Assembly (NCBI GenBank): GCA_951406725.2 | Contig: OX597817.1 | Location: forward strand, 109,554,001 to 109,618,000 | Reading direction: 5' to 3' | Length of the DNA: 64,000 nt | Source of the DNA: Octopus vulgaris | Lineage: Eukaryota | Part shown: piece by piece, positions 14,091 to 27,945 of the stretch | Numbering within the stretch: the first letter of the stretch is position 1 | Layout: each line of letters starts with the position of its first letter | Made by a program: the position numbers and the translations under genes | Notes under the pieces: generated by a model | What the model was told of the DNA's origin: nothing | Seen by the model: the letters and a program-made list of their open reading frames with translations, nothing else | Databases searched by the model: none

Positions 14091-14767
14091 TCATACTTCC
14101 TTTTTCTACCTCATTCTTCATGGATGGAGTAACACAAATATATAAGGATACCATGCATTCATCACTTCAAGCTAAAACTTATATTCTTTAAATATCATTA
14201 TAATTATTGTTGTGATTATTACTATCATTTTTATTATATATGACATAACAATCTGAAATGAAATTTTATATTGGTTTATGCAAATTTATATAATTAGAAA
14301 ATAATATAAATAAAGTGTTAAAATCTGATTGTTAAGTTAGCAAACAATTATATAAAAAAGATAATGCAAATGAAGCTAAAATGATAATTTTATAATTTAA
14401 GGTTTATTAACACCCTTTATCACAAAAAATTGATAAACACAAATTGAAGAGCTCAAAACCCATAAAGTTGTCTCCCCTTATTCACAACACAGCAACTGAA
14501 GAACTACAATTACTACTACTTCCTGTTTTGCCAACACCCTTAATTAAACTAAACAGCACATGGCTTTAATCCCATTGGATCCTAATACTTCAAGGTAATT
14601 TTTTCGTGAACAATCATTAAACTCAAGATACACAAAGACTTCACAATGTATCGGAGTACTTATTTTTTAATTTTTGTACATATTTATTATTATTTTTTTG
14701 CAAAAAACAATGTTATTTTCTTTTTTCCCCTCCTTTCTCACTTTAAAAAAAAAAATTTTTCCTTTAC

Positions 14768-14809
14768 AATTCTTGAAAAGTCACATTATGACGAAAACCG
14801 GTTTGAATT
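14768..14809 (+). ncRNA. Minimal type I hammerhead-like motif in the PLE 3' region (variant core)
   Basis: AATTC-TTGAAAA-GTCA(CATTA)TGAC-GAAA-ACCGGT-TT-GAATT: stem I AATTC/GAATT, stem II GTCA/TGAC, palindromic helix III. The core deviates from CUGANGA. Confidence 0.6.
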
Positions 14810-14957
14810 AATATATATTTATATATTTTATCAATTTTTCAAAAACTTTTTCCATACACCCATTTTCATTAAAATTTTCTTTCAATTTAGCATTCTGCAT
14901 TTTTACAATTTGTCCTTGCTTATCATTTCTTCACGTGTGGTCAACACAACCCTACCA

Positions 14958-15023
<66 letters not shown>

Positions 15024-15091
15024 TTTATTTAACTACATGTATCTATATATACATACACACACACATATATATATATATACACATACATATG

Positions 15092-15312
15092 TGGAGGCGC
15101 AATGGCCCAGTGGTTAGGGCAGCGGATTCGCGGTCGTAGGATCGCGGTTTCGATTCCCAGACCGGGCGTTGTGAGACTTTATTGAGCGAAAACACATTAA
15201 AGCTCCACGAGGCTCCGGCAGGGGGTGGTGATCCCTGCTGTACTCTTTCACCACTCTTTCTTTCACTCTTTCTTCTGTTGGCCTGCAATCCGAACGCATT
15301 GTGATCACGTGA
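15092..15312 (+). mobile_element. tRNA-derived SINE family C, young-looking copy
   Basis: A box TGGCCCAGTGG and B box GTTTCGATTCC in a tRNA-like head, followed by a non-tRNA body. CpG-rich and inserted in (TA)n. Confidence 0.85.
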
Positions 15313-15493
15313 CATACATATGTATATATATATATATACATATGTATATATATATACATACATATATATATAGATACATATATATATACATACATATATA
15401 TCTATATATATATATATACATACATATATATATACATATATATAAATACATACATATATATATATATATGTATATACACATATATATATATAC

Positions 15494-15607
<114 letters not shown>

Positions 15608-15911
15608 TATCCTTTTCTATTTCTCACTATTTCACTAATGCGTGCACAGATCAAATATTGTCTTACACGGTGCTGTGCACAGTGACAATATACATTTTCA
15701 ACACATTTGCAAGTCTACTGCAGGTTTGACATTTCATTATTTGTAAATCAACACATACAAAGACCAAAATCCATGTCTTCTCTTTCATCTCATGTTTTTC
15801 TTTCATTAATAGACACACGTGATTCATACACAAACACATACACATATACACATACACTCACACATATGTATATATGCATTTATATAAGCATATATGTACA
15901 GAGGTAGTAGA

Positions 15912-16180
15912 GGATGCGTGGCCATGGGCTTAGGAATGCTGCGCTCAATGTCGAGAGAACATGGATTAGATTACCTGAGCGGGCAGTGAATTGTTCTTAC
16001 GTTGTTCTTGAGCAAACACTTCATCCCATGCTGGTCTGCGATCACATCGACATCTGACATGTAACAAACCGTACGTAAAAATTGTGCGGGTAATGTCGAT
16101 TTCACGGTGGGAGTGAGCTGATGTACAGCAGAAATGCTTTATCAGTATGTGTAGGTCTTTCAGCATGAAATTACAGAAAC
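15912..16180 (+). mobile_element. Diverged tRNA-derived SINE (family D, CORE-like)
   Basis: GCGTGGCC head and TTCTTGAGCAAACACTT CORE-like segment. Shares CGATCAC.TCGA with the copy at 39500-39770. Confidence 0.6.
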
Positions 16181-16181
16181 G

Positions 16182-16227
<46 letters not shown>

Positions 16228-16229
16228 TA

Positions 16230-16327
<98 letters not shown>

Positions 16328-16379
16328 TAACAACAATAATAATAATACTAATACTAATAATAATAAGAAGAAGAAGAAG

Positions 16380-16715
16380 AAGAAAAAGAAATGGAGAAAC
16401 TCTCAAAATACAAAGACCTGGAAATAGAGGTAACTAGAATGTGGAATCTGAAAACAGAAACAATTCCTATCATAGTAGGTGCATTAGGCATGATAAAAAA
16501 ATATTCAGACAAATACATAACAAAAACACCAGGACTTACAAACACATATAACATACAGAAAATTGCACTACTAGGCACTGCACACATCCTACGCAGAACA
16601 CTTTCCATACAATAACCATCAGAGCATCACAACAAATCACAGCACATACCCAAGGCACACAGAGCTGCGCTCGGTAGTGAAGTGAAAGCACGCTATAAAA
16701 ATAAAAATAAAACTA

Positions 16716-16720
<5 letters not shown>
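16380..16720 (+). mobile_element. R4/Dong-type RLE non-LTR retrotransposon 3' end
   Basis: ORF 16391-16615 EKLSKYKDLEIEVTRMW..IPIIVGALG..QKIALLGTAHILR matches the RLE C-terminus. Short 3' UTR; flanked by (TAA)n on both sides, the known Dong target. Confidence 0.85.
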
Positions 16721-16785
<65 letters not shown>

Positions 16786-17080
16786 GGGAATATTATTCCA
16801 AACTTACAGTGAAAAACTCAATTTAGAAATACTAAATCAAATTTTAAAAAATGTAATATATATATCTAAATTAGAAGAAAACACCTTTTATCAAAGCAGC
16901 AATGGAAAAATTTGAATTATACCATATAGAAAAAAATTACATCCTATAGAAAAAATTAAATGATAAATAAAACGTATATATTTGGTAAAATGACTACACG
17001 TGTTCTGTGGCTATATTTAAGAAATGATAACAGTAAAATCAATTCAATATATATATAGCCACTCTTCAGGTCAGAGATAA

Positions 17081-17111
<31 letters not shown>

Positions 17112-17303
17112 TATACGTATATAATCTTGTAACATGCGAAATATCTGAACAATATATTCTGATGTAAAAAAATAGAATAAAGAGGTATAAATATTTATTA
17201 TATCTATACAAATAAAATTTTATCTTATATAAGAAAAGAACAACAAACTATGACATACCATTGCTAAAAATAAAATACAATTAATTGAATTATTTAAAAC
17301 AAG

Positions 17304-17353
<50 letters not shown>

Positions 17354-17890
17354 TATATATGATATAAAATATACATAAATTGAAAACTAAAATACTATAA
17401 TTTAATCTATATACATTAAATTAAATTATTTATCAATTTATTTATTTTTTGATAAACATCTAAATTCAATCTTATTCTAATTAAGTAATATATACTAAAA
17501 AAGCTTCATGTTAAGTTATATACATAATGCTAGTACAAGCTATAAATATTAGAATTACAAATAGAAAATGGTTCAAATATATACACACCTATTATAAAAA
17601 CTTATATTAGATTATTAATTTATATATAGTATATATAGATTTAATATTTCACTCGCTTATAGAGTTGACCAAAATATCAATTAATATTAAACTTATGTAC
17701 TTAAATGTAATACTACGTAAGACCTCCTAAATATTACATAATATATTGACTTACAAAACTATTTCTCAAAGTATATTATATGTAATACGTTAAATCACAT
17801 TAGGAAAATAATAATAAACATAATAAATTAAATAGATATACGTATCGTAACTAATAATAATCAAGAAATTATATATACATTAATATTTTA
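16786..17890 (-). mobile_element. ORF-less PLE-like 3' segment carrying a hammerhead motif, between (TAA)n tracts
   Basis: Extremely AT-rich 1.1 kb bounded by (TAA)n. The HHR lies about 200 bp from the 16786 end, the same layout as the PLE 3' region at 14.1-15.0 kb. Confidence 0.55.
16991..17073 (-). ncRNA. Hammerhead ribozyme motif (GAAA box decayed to AGAA)
   Basis: Minus strand: TGAC-CTGAAGA-GTGGCTATAT...ATATAGCCAC-AGAA-CACGTG-TA-GTCA. Stem I 4 bp, stem II 10 bp, palindromic helix III. Confidence 0.75.
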
Positions 17891-17898
17891 ACAATAAC

Positions 17899-17967
<69 letters not shown>

Positions 17968-20938
17968 CAAACGTAATACAATTCAAAAATTAAATACTAT
18001 TGTTAAATGAAAAAAAACGTTACTTATCTTAAAATGTACGTCATAGCCTTTAGAAGAAATTAAACTCGTGAAGACGTTGTGTAAAAAGATAGAATAAATA
18101 TATTAATGAAAAAGACAAAATATATTTATTAAAGAAAAAAACGAAAAATATTTAAGCTTCTAGAGTGTACATACTTCAGGACTGTACATACATGAAGACT
18201 GTATATACATACATATAGTAAGAATGCACATACATGCAGACAAAAAAAAACAAGGAGAACTTAACACTGAAAAAACATCGATCAGACAAGACCGGTCGGT
18301 GTAATTTAAGATAGTTATCTTCCTCAAAAACTAGCTCGGGGTAGGGGAGACAATAAGTAAAACGTGGGAACAAAAAGCGAATATATAAGGGAGAAAAAGG
18401 CTATAAAATTACAAGTGATAGAAAAAACGTATACACTTAACACATAAGGATATAGTCATATATATATACATACATACACACATACACAATACACACATGG
18501 GTATATGGATGGATGGATGGATGGATGAATTCGTATATATGTATTATTATCTACTCATATGTGTGTTTGTGTGTGTCTGTTTCATGTTACCTTCTACAAA
18601 ATCGCAGCCTTTGTATCTTAAAAAAATTACAAGTCGCCATCTCCTAAATAAACTATCGATGAACCTAGAAGTGCATTAGTTTGAAGAACATCTTTTTACT
18701 GTAAGTAATCAGTAGTAATTTATTCTTCCATTCTACCGTTTCAACTAATGAACACACCATGCCATATATGACGGCCTTGCTATGGGGAGATGTAGGGCAT
18801 GTTACAAGTGGAAGCGGGCTTCCTAAGCTCTTGGCAAGATTTCAATAATAAAACTATCAAAAGAGTATATGCTTGTCAGTTGTTATTACTATATCTTGTA
18901 TTTTCGTTTATTTGTGATGAATGTATGTGTGCATATGCGTTTATGTGCGCGTGTGTGTGTGTATTGAAGTATGTATATATATATTTATATAAATATATAT
19001 GTATATATATGCATCATATATATGTATTTATTATAAGTGTACAACTAGAGAGAGAGTGAGAGAGACATACATAGACACACACGTCTTGTTTGTCCTCGTT
19101 TTGTTTTTGTTTCTTTTTGTTCTCTTTTTCTGAGTATTTTTTTCTTTTCCTATTCTTTTTAGATTTTTTTTGTATTATTCCACATGAACGGTATGTTCAT
19201 TCTCTTTTATGATATTTTACAAGATATTCTGATATCAAATACCAAATAACAAACAAATTATGGAACGTAGTGGAAGCTACATCCTACCTTCACTTTAATT
19301 GCAAATTATAATAGTATTTTGGATATTTTACAAAGTAAATGCCTTGTATTGTTTGTTGTTCTTGTTGTTATCATTGTCATTGTTGTTGTTGTTTTGTGTC
19401 TAGTGTGTGTTTTTTGCAGTTCGTTTCACCGCGATGAGTATGATGAGTAGGAGGAGAAAGAGGAAGATTGAATTAAAGAGGGTATGGAGTAAGGAAAAAA
19501 AGGAAGTATTTGTACAATTGATAGTGCAATGTTAATGTGTATTGATGCAACATTATTTTCTAGATAGTGCTATAGTTTGTACTATTTTGTATTGACTGAC
19601 TTTAGTTTGCGGCACAAGTAACAGCAGCATAATGAAAATCCTGAATAACATAAAATACACATAATTAATAAACTCACTTGAAATACATTTGACAAATGAG
19701 ATCAGTTCCGATCACATTTGTACATGGAGGTGGAGCACGTCTAATTAATATCTGCCTCAATGTTTGCTCGTGTTTCGATATTTTACATAGTTTTTTTTCT
19801 TCTTTTGGGGAATTTTTTTTATTTAGATTTATTCATCAATATTTCATTTGACATAAAATCCATCATAAAGGCCGTTTTGTGTTTTCAGGTGGTGTTAGAA
19901 ATAGAGCAATTAAGAAATCAATCTAGTCTTTATATAACTTTATAAATGATGGGGAAAAGCAAATCTTAATCACTGATATTTTCAGTGGTTGGGGAGATTG
20001 ATGTTAAATGGTAGGAACGTTATGTATGTTATTTAAACCCAACTCGGTTCGAATCGATTTATAGCGCTTTCGAACTGTTAAACATAGTCTGCTTTGAATT
20101 ACGTTATCCTGTTTGTTCATTTTTTTTAAGACTGTAGAGTATCAGTTGAGAAAGATTAGGCTGCTATCCATAATTGTTTGAGTTATCATTTAGAGACACT
20201 GAATATGTTATTGTCAAGAAATACCGTTCGTAGATTTCTCATATTCGATAAGCCGATCCGTAAAAACTGAAGCAATGATGAAATGAAAATAACGATATAC
20301 AAAACTATATCTAGAGAATTGAACTTGTCATCCTTACTCAGACGTATTTAAAATGCTTAAAATTTAAGATGGAATTAAAGTATTCTTGGAAACTGAGAGT
20401 TGATGGTATTGGATATAAGAATGGCCGTTAGAAAAGCTATCAATGGGTCATAATTTGCATCTAAAGTGGACTAAATATCAATTACATTGATCAAAATATT
20501 GGCATAAGATATCGTATATCTAATGGTATCTAATGGTTCAAATATGGTAAACCGCAATTTTCCACTTGTGTATTTTACATGTTGAGTATTTCTTTTAACA
20601 ACCTTTTCATTTCACAAATGTTCAGAATAAATTAAGCAGTAATATAATTATTGAAACCATCATCATATTGAATAGATAATAATTTAGGTTCAGTGAAACG
20701 CTTATAATTCATAACTTTGCGTCAGTTTTAAAACACTGATTCATAGTTCAACTTAACTTTGAAATTGATAGATTTTACATTTCTAAGTCAATCTTTCAAT
20801 TAAGCTGTTTATTAGAAATTAACGGGGGGTTTTTTCGTTAGTTTCGAAGCTTTCAATTTTTAATGTCGGTGAAAGTAGGGACGATTTTAGAATGAATGGA
20901 CAAATGTTATGTATAACAATACGAGTGGCTCAGCTATC

Positions 20939-21050
20939 GGCACGGAGTGGCAGTGTGATAAGAAGTTCGCTTCCTAACAACATGGTTTCGGATTCAATCA
21001 ACTTCCACTTAATACCTAGGGCTGACGAAAGAGTTCTGAGTGGATTTGGT
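20939..21050 (+). mobile_element. SINE family A head (diverged)
   Basis: GGAGTGGCAGTGTGATAAG...CATGGTTTCGGATTCAATC...TGAGTGGATTTGG, similar to 46635-46772. Confidence 0.7.
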
Positions 21051-21056
21051 GAGCTT

Positions 21057-21096
<40 letters not shown>

Positions 21097-21099
<3 letters not shown>

Positions 21100-21268
21100 C
21101 TGCGGCCATGCTGGAGCACCGCCTTTAGTCGAGCAAATCGACCCCGGGACTTATTCTTTGTAAGCCCAGTACTTATTCTATCGCTCTCTTTTGCCGAACC
21201 GCTAAGTGACGGGGACGTAAACACACCAGCATCGGTTGTCAAGCAATGCTAGGGGGACAAACACAGAC
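21097..21268 (-). mobile_element. SINE family A 3' body, nested in the microsatellite of another copy
   Basis: Close reverse-complement match to 46840-46985 (GACTGCGGCCATGCTGGAGCACCGCC...GCCGAACCGCTAAG). Confidence 0.85.
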
Positions 21269-21270
21269 AT

Positions 21271-21326
<56 letters not shown>

Positions 21327-21390
21327 ATTTATAAAGAGGGACAGATAGGCAACCAGGTAGGTAGACAGGCGGATAGATGGACGGGCAGAC

Positions 21391-21486
<96 letters not shown>

Positions 21487-21529
21487 TGTGTGTGATACAT
21501 GCGTATGTGTGTATTTGTCTATGAGTTTA

Positions 21530-21725
21530 TGTTTCTCCCCCTTCTATGCTTGACAACCAGTGTTGGTGTGTTACATCCCCGTAACTTAACGGCTCGGCAA
21601 AAGAGAGCAAGAGAATAAGAAAGAGGTTAAAAAAAGAAGTTCCAGTGTCGATCCATTCGAGTAAATTTGTTCAAGACGGTGCTCCCTCATGACCTCAGTC
21701 TAATGACTGAAAAAATTAAGATGAT
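21530..21725 (+). mobile_element. SINE family A 3' body
   Basis: TTGACAACC...CCCGTAACTTAACGGCTCGGCAAAAG...CGGTGCTCC...AATGACTGAAA. Confidence 0.8.
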
Positions 21726-21967
21726 AGACACTAGATCTATAATAGTGATTACATATCTTATTTAGAAGACTAGCCTTCTATACTAATAGTTCCAATCAAA
21801 CTCAAATATTGCTACGCCATAAATGATAGCAGAAAGACCGATCCTTGATCATTTTCAAATCATTAGTAAGTGAAACCTTTAAGGTTGGTAAAGTTATCTG
21901 TAATATCACTTCAAATCAGTCAGCAAAATTTCATCTTCATATTCTTTATCAGGGCAATCAATCAGTC

Positions 21968-22018
<51 letters not shown>

Positions 22019-22761
22019 CACATATATATATACATATATATATATATATACATATATATCATCATACCAGATATACAATATATATATATTCGATGTATGT
22101 ATCCATGTATGTATGTATGCAGTTATTATTTTGCAATACCAAATGTTAAAAAAAAACAGCTGCTAGAAATTCGAGATAAATGCATATTTATATAAAAATA
22201 TATAATGTCTGTTAGAAAACAGTCTGAAAATTCTGAATAGCTAATTTGTTATAACTGATGATTTTATTATTCCAGTCAGGCTTGAAATTTACAAACTGAA
22301 TTCTTCTGAATTGGAAAGCAATTTGAAGCTCACTGATGCTAGACACCAATTTGATGTATCAAGTTAATCTCTCTCTTTGGCGGCGAGACTTTGTTTACAT
22401 TCGTGTCTAGCCGGGGGTCTCATCTTCTTTGGTTCGTAACCGAGGTCAATATTCTCTGAATAAGTAATTACAATGTTCGTTCAGCATTACTTCCCACTTA
22501 GTATGAGCAGTAGTTCTGTCAGTCGTTGAACATTATTTGCATATGTCTTCGAATACCGTTAACAAGATCCTATGCACTAAACGGCAACATTTTTCTGCCT
22601 GTAGCAGTTCGATGAATGTACAGATAGAGAAATGCTTTTCAATGTACAACAACTATGTAGCTACATTAACTCAAATCCCATTTATTTTGAAACAATTTGC
22701 ATAGACTTTACAGGCTAAATGTAATAGGTAAAAATAATTCAAAATAGATAGTATGAAATAA

Positions 22762-22950
22762 TGGCTTCAAATTTTGGCACAAAGCCAACAAATTCGCGGA
22801 GATAGAAAACTGATTACATCGACCCCACCGATGAACTAGTACTTATTATATCGAACCTGGAAGGATTAAAAGGTAAAGTCGACCTCGTCAGAATTTGAAC
22901 TCAGAACGTAAAAGAGTATGAAATATTACCAAATTTATCAAAAGCGCGGC
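22762..22950 (-). mobile_element. SINE family B
   Basis: GATTACATCGACCCC...AAAGTCGACCTCGTCAGAATTTGAACTCAGAACG, the last part being the B-box reverse complement. Confidence 0.75.
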
Positions 22951-24310
22951 AAGGAAAAAGCTTATATAATGCATGTGTGTGTGTGATGTGGTGTGGTGTG
23001 GTGTGGTGTTTGATATCTGTGTGTATGTGTGTAGGTAGAATGTGCTATACTTCCTCTTCCGGTTGCACATTAATTATATATGTCCTACCGACATCAAATG
23101 ACATAGAATTTTGGAATATTTTGTATATACGATCTCACTTACACATACCAAAAGGTCCAACATTCGACATCTAGTCGGCAAATCAAATAAAATTAATTGG
23201 CCAGAATTGCAAACTGATAGTCTATATCTTTGTGGGTGCATATTATGCATTGGCTTCGAACTTGCTTCAGCCCTGTTCCGATAGCCATATCCCTTATTGT
23301 ATTATATCATGTGATAAAGGCCTCTATAACCGCAATGAAGTAGAAAAAAAATAATGTATTTGTTTTATTTTCAAAGAATTTTTATTTTTCACGGCTCGTA
23401 ATCTTTTTGTTCTATTGCATTATCCACAATCATTGGAAAATGTTCCTTCAATTATTATATATTTCATTCTAATGTTCTTGATTTCAGTACTGCAAATTAT
23501 GTGAAATATCATCATCCGTATAGCTTCATCACCCGATTGTAGTAAATATACCTACATATACATTTCCCTTGATTCACCGGCATTATTTTTTCATTCTTTA
23601 TTATTCATAGGAAGCTTTACTGTAGTAGTTTCATGGGAGATATTTAGCCTAATTGAAACGTAGTTAAAATAGCTGTTTTGTTTCATAGAAAATAAATAAA
23701 AGTAAAACTAAAGCAGAAAAGAATCACAGAAAATGCAATATGAAAGAAAGAATAGCTTCAAACGCAAGAGATTTGTGAGTGTGAAGATGTATCACTGCGT
23801 CTTTGTTGGATATTGTCAAAATAGGATTGCTTCTTCGTCATAAACTGTTGTTATTTTTTTTTATTGCTTTTCAAAGAAAATAGCATGAAATTAAATACGA
23901 GCTTCATATACCATTTACATGAAGTACATGGACCACATATTCACACACTTGCATACACACATACACACGCGCGCGCGTATTGTGTGTAAATATGTATGTG
24001 TGTATGTATGTATATATGTATGCATATATTTGTGTGTGCATGTGTAAAGTAAACTATATCGTATTTCTGAACGCTTAGTATTTTATGCACCGTGCCTCTG
24101 TGTGTGTTTGTGTATGTGTGTATGCGCGTCTTTATGTGTGTGCGAGTATGTGAGTGCGTATCAACGACCGTATACATATCTTCTAATACAAAAATAGAAT
24201 ATGTGTAAACGGCTCTCGTACACATGCAAATACGTAGTTACCTATACATACAAAAATAAACTCACAAACGCACAAATATACAGACACACATTTATGCGTA
24301 AGTTTGTGAG

Positions 24311-24405
<95 letters not shown>

Positions 24406-25456
24406 GTATTAACTGTCAATAGAGTACCATATACGTACGTGCATGTACACACACTATTACACAGATACACACACTCACACAGATAGTCTTCGCACAGATA
24501 CGTGTACGGAACCAGAGACTGCTACGTGTCATGCTATTTTGCTTCTGTTCCTTAATTTTATTTTTTCTATTTTTCTTCTTTCTTTTGTTTTTATTTACCA
24601 ATTGTTCTCATTCTACTGAACGATAGAATAGCATGTGGGTCGAATACAAAAGAACCAAACACTAACATAACAAGTTCGCTGTTAGTGGAAATGATTCCAC
24701 GTGCTAATTACAGAATAAGAGTAGTTGTTAAAATAAAAGAGAGCGGGAAAACACAGTGAGGAGAAAGATAACAAATCTGGTGCAAAAATACAGAAATAAC
24801 GGGTGGTAAAAAAAAGCCTGTGAACAAGAGGAAATAGTAAGATGTTCAGATTGTTCGAAGTTCAGAATTTAAAAGAAATAAAAAATAATTAATCAATAGT
24901 GAAACGAAATGTTGTTAATCCTGGAAACCTGGAAACCTGAAATTCTATATATAAACCGCCAGTAAATGATAATGAAAGTAAAGACAGTTATATTGTATTT
25001 TGTATGACAGTTATATTGTATATTGTTATATATCTACGAATATATCTATATGCATAGTAATATAGCTAGTTTCGTAAGATAAGGATTGAATGGTGAGTTG
25101 AATGCATGAAATATTTCTGATACGTTTTTCGTAGACTTTTATCTCCACACAGATCATTAATACCTTTAGAAATGAAAACAAAAGTCTAGATTCGCTTCTC
25201 TTTTTTTTCCCTCTCTCATTTAAATTCACAAGCCAGATGAAAAGCTCTTCTCCGACCATCATGATACAGTAAGTAGCGGTAAAACTACCACTTTAGCCTC
25301 CAGTGTTTTTACTAATTCCTCACTATATACATAATATACCTTCTCCCTAATTCTGTTTCTCTATTCCGTCCGTCCACCATCATGTAGGCACAGTTGCCAA
25401 ATATGAAAATGAATTTCTACACGAGGTATATTCATGGCAGGTTTCTATTGATAATA

Positions 25457-26320
25457 CGAAGTGCGTTCAAAATTTATCCGACTTTATTTTTCCCGCTATC
25501 CCGCTAAAACTAATGCTGTGTGGCAACACCCTTTCTGCAAATGTGTAAAAAATTTTGCGCCGGTAGGTGATGTCAATTCCTCGGTGTTATGCCTAGAATA
25601 TAGAGGTGTATTACTCGTCAGAATTTTGTTTTCACCAAACGTATTAAGCAGAGATATTGCACCAAATTTTGACAAAAGCTTGGTGATACTCAAGCTCAAA
25701 GCATCCAGAAGATTCAGCAGACCTTTGGTGAGGATGCCAAGGGCAAAACTCGGGTCAAAGTGTGGTACAAGCGCCTCAGACATGGCCGCACCTCAGGAGA
25801 GAGCGAGACACACTCAGGCAGGCCATCCACAAGCCAATATATGGAGCCAATTGAGAAGGTTTGGTGAATAGTCATGGAAGACCAAGTGGGAATAAGCATA
25901 GGATCAGTGCATTCGGTTTTAACGGAAGATTTGTGCATGCGGAGAAGGTCGGGGAGATTCGTCCGCAAGGTGCTGAGGGAGCATCAGAAGTAACCTCGTT
26001 TGGAAATAGCGCAGGAAATACTTGACTGTGAAAATCACGACTCATATTTCATGATGACCATCATTACAAATGAGGAGACTTAGGTTTATGGTCTCTACTC
26101 GATGTCTTCGTTTTCATACATGAAAACGAAAATCCGGCAAGCATGCTCTACACCTCCGTATTTTAGGAGTAACAGCCGCGAACTAACATGCCCTACCGGT
26201 GCAAAAACTTTCTTTCATGCGCAGAAATGGTGATGTTATCTACCGTCCAAAGGATTTTGCCCACACGACATCGGTTTTGGAAGAAAAAAATAAAGGCTGA
26301 TTCGTTTTGAACGCACCTCA
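25457..26320 (+). mobile_element. Internally deleted mariner transposon
   Basis: TA-CGAAGTGCGTTCAAAA ... TTTTGAACGCACCTCA TIRs plus subterminal inverted blocks (about 25530-25580 vs 26180-26230). Decayed transposase N-terminus: QRYCTKF..KLG, WYKRLRHGRTS..SGRPS, VGISIGSVHSVLTEDL, IITNEETWVY. Confidence 0.88.
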
Positions 26321-27124
26321 AATTTACATCTTTCATAAAGAAATTTTCTAATATATTGAGTTACACGAATCTTGTTGAGGTTTTGACAACATATGCAAAT
26401 AATTGAACCCATCTTCCTTTCAAATTGCGAAGAATTCTTTGGTTTAATGTAAGGTCTCTCATGAAAGCGAAGCGGAATACATGTTAATGACACATTTTGC
26501 TCGAATTCAGTTTTCCAGTTTAATCTCAAGCATGCTACTTGGAGCTCATATATATGTATGTATATATATATATATATATATATATACATACATGCATACA
26601 CACGAGTGTGTGTGCGAGTGTTTGTATACATACATACATACATACATATACACACACATGAATATGCTCATATGCGTGAGTGTGTGTTTTTTCTCGGTTT
26701 GTTAATAAATGTTACTTTAAAAATAAATCTGTGTTGTGTTCTATAGAAAAACATAGCCTCTGAAAAAAACTATGATTTATGTAAATATTAAGAAATGCAA
26801 CAATTATGAAAAAAACTTGCTCACTGTGCACGTAATGATTATATAAATACATGACTGTAATTACATCTATTATAATCATTTCTGTTTAAATATATAAATT
26901 TAACATTTGTCAACTTGCACGTGCAATTTCATAGACGGATAGGAAATATGAAAGATAGAAGTGAAATTATATTCTTGAATTACATTCTTCACACAATTGC
27001 ATACATATTTACTGTCAAATTGCACACATGTAATTCAAAAACAGCGAATCAACGCGCGTTCATTTCTATGTATGTTTTTCTCTATTTCTTTCTGTGTATG
27101 GGTCTGTATAGTGTTTAGTGCTTA

Positions 27125-27371
27125 ACTATCTCAATCATAGGCTCCTGTACTTATCATCATCTTTAAGTTCGGTACGTGTTCTATCAAACTCTTCTTGCCG
27201 AATTGGTAAGTAAAGGGGAAGTCAACAAACAAATTACAGTTGTCCAGTGATGGTGAGGAGAATAAACACAAAACACAATGACACACACACGAGCATCACA
27301 CATGCTGACGTGAGTGCACACTCACACAAAGTCACACGCACGTATACATACGTAAACACACCCACATCCAC

Positions 27372-27413
<42 letters not shown>

Positions 27414-27580
27414 GATGGGCTTCCACACAGTTACCGTCTACCAAATTCATTTACGAAGCTTAGGTCTCTTAGGTCTGCCCAGAGATATAATAAAAGACAG
27501 TTGCCCAAGGAGCTACGCAGTGGGCTTGAACCCGAAACTATATGGCTGGAATGCAAACTTCTTGAAACACAATGATGCCT
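27125..27580 (-). mobile_element. SINE family A, full-length and diverged
   Basis: TTGCCCAAGG...CGCAGTGGGCTTGAACCCGAAAC head and TTGCCGAA tail on the reverse strand, separated by a microsatellite. Confidence 0.75.
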
Positions 27581-27797
27581 GTTTCCTATCGTCAGAACCA
27601 TAATGCATGCATACACACATATAAGGAGAGAAAGAGAGAGAGAGAGAGCAAAAGTGAGAGACAGACAGAGAGTGTCACACAACCATTGGTATTAAGGCTA
27701 TCATTGGTTGCATATGAGCAGGACCTATTTAATGCATTAGTGGTTCATTCTTTTTGCTATAATCTTGAGTTTGAGTGTATAGATTCATATACATATA

Positions 27798-27891
<94 letters not shown>

Positions 27892-27913
27892 TATGTATAT
27901 CTATATACAGAGG

Positions 27914-27945
<32 letters not shown>

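Larger units (their letters stand above)
11817..14958 (+). mobile_element. Penelope-like retroelement, Neptune type, 5'-truncated and disabled
   Basis: Motifs: KADKG (DKG 12004-12012), LPKIHK, LRPIVAG, GIAMGT, YLDD (13051-13062), YHKPT..YLLFSSCHP, a C-x4-C-x2-C linker (13717-13743) and GIY-YIG (LIYVLTCAGCQHNYVGQT). Followed by an AT-rich 3' region with an HHR-like motif, ending at (TA)n. Confidence 0.93.

Noticed and set aside
15092-15170. Possible tRNA gene
   Set aside because: A and B boxes are present, but it continues into a SINE body with no clean acceptor stem or terminator.
16786-17890. Mitochondrial control-region NUMT
   Set aside because: Very AT-rich, but no mitochondrial tRNA or gene is recognisable. 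The HHR and (TAA)n boundaries fit a retroelement better. Not excluded without BLAST.
25461-25968. ORFs 25461-25871, 25496-25783 and 25714-25968
   Set aside because: Off-frame or antisense readings of the decayed mariner transposase.
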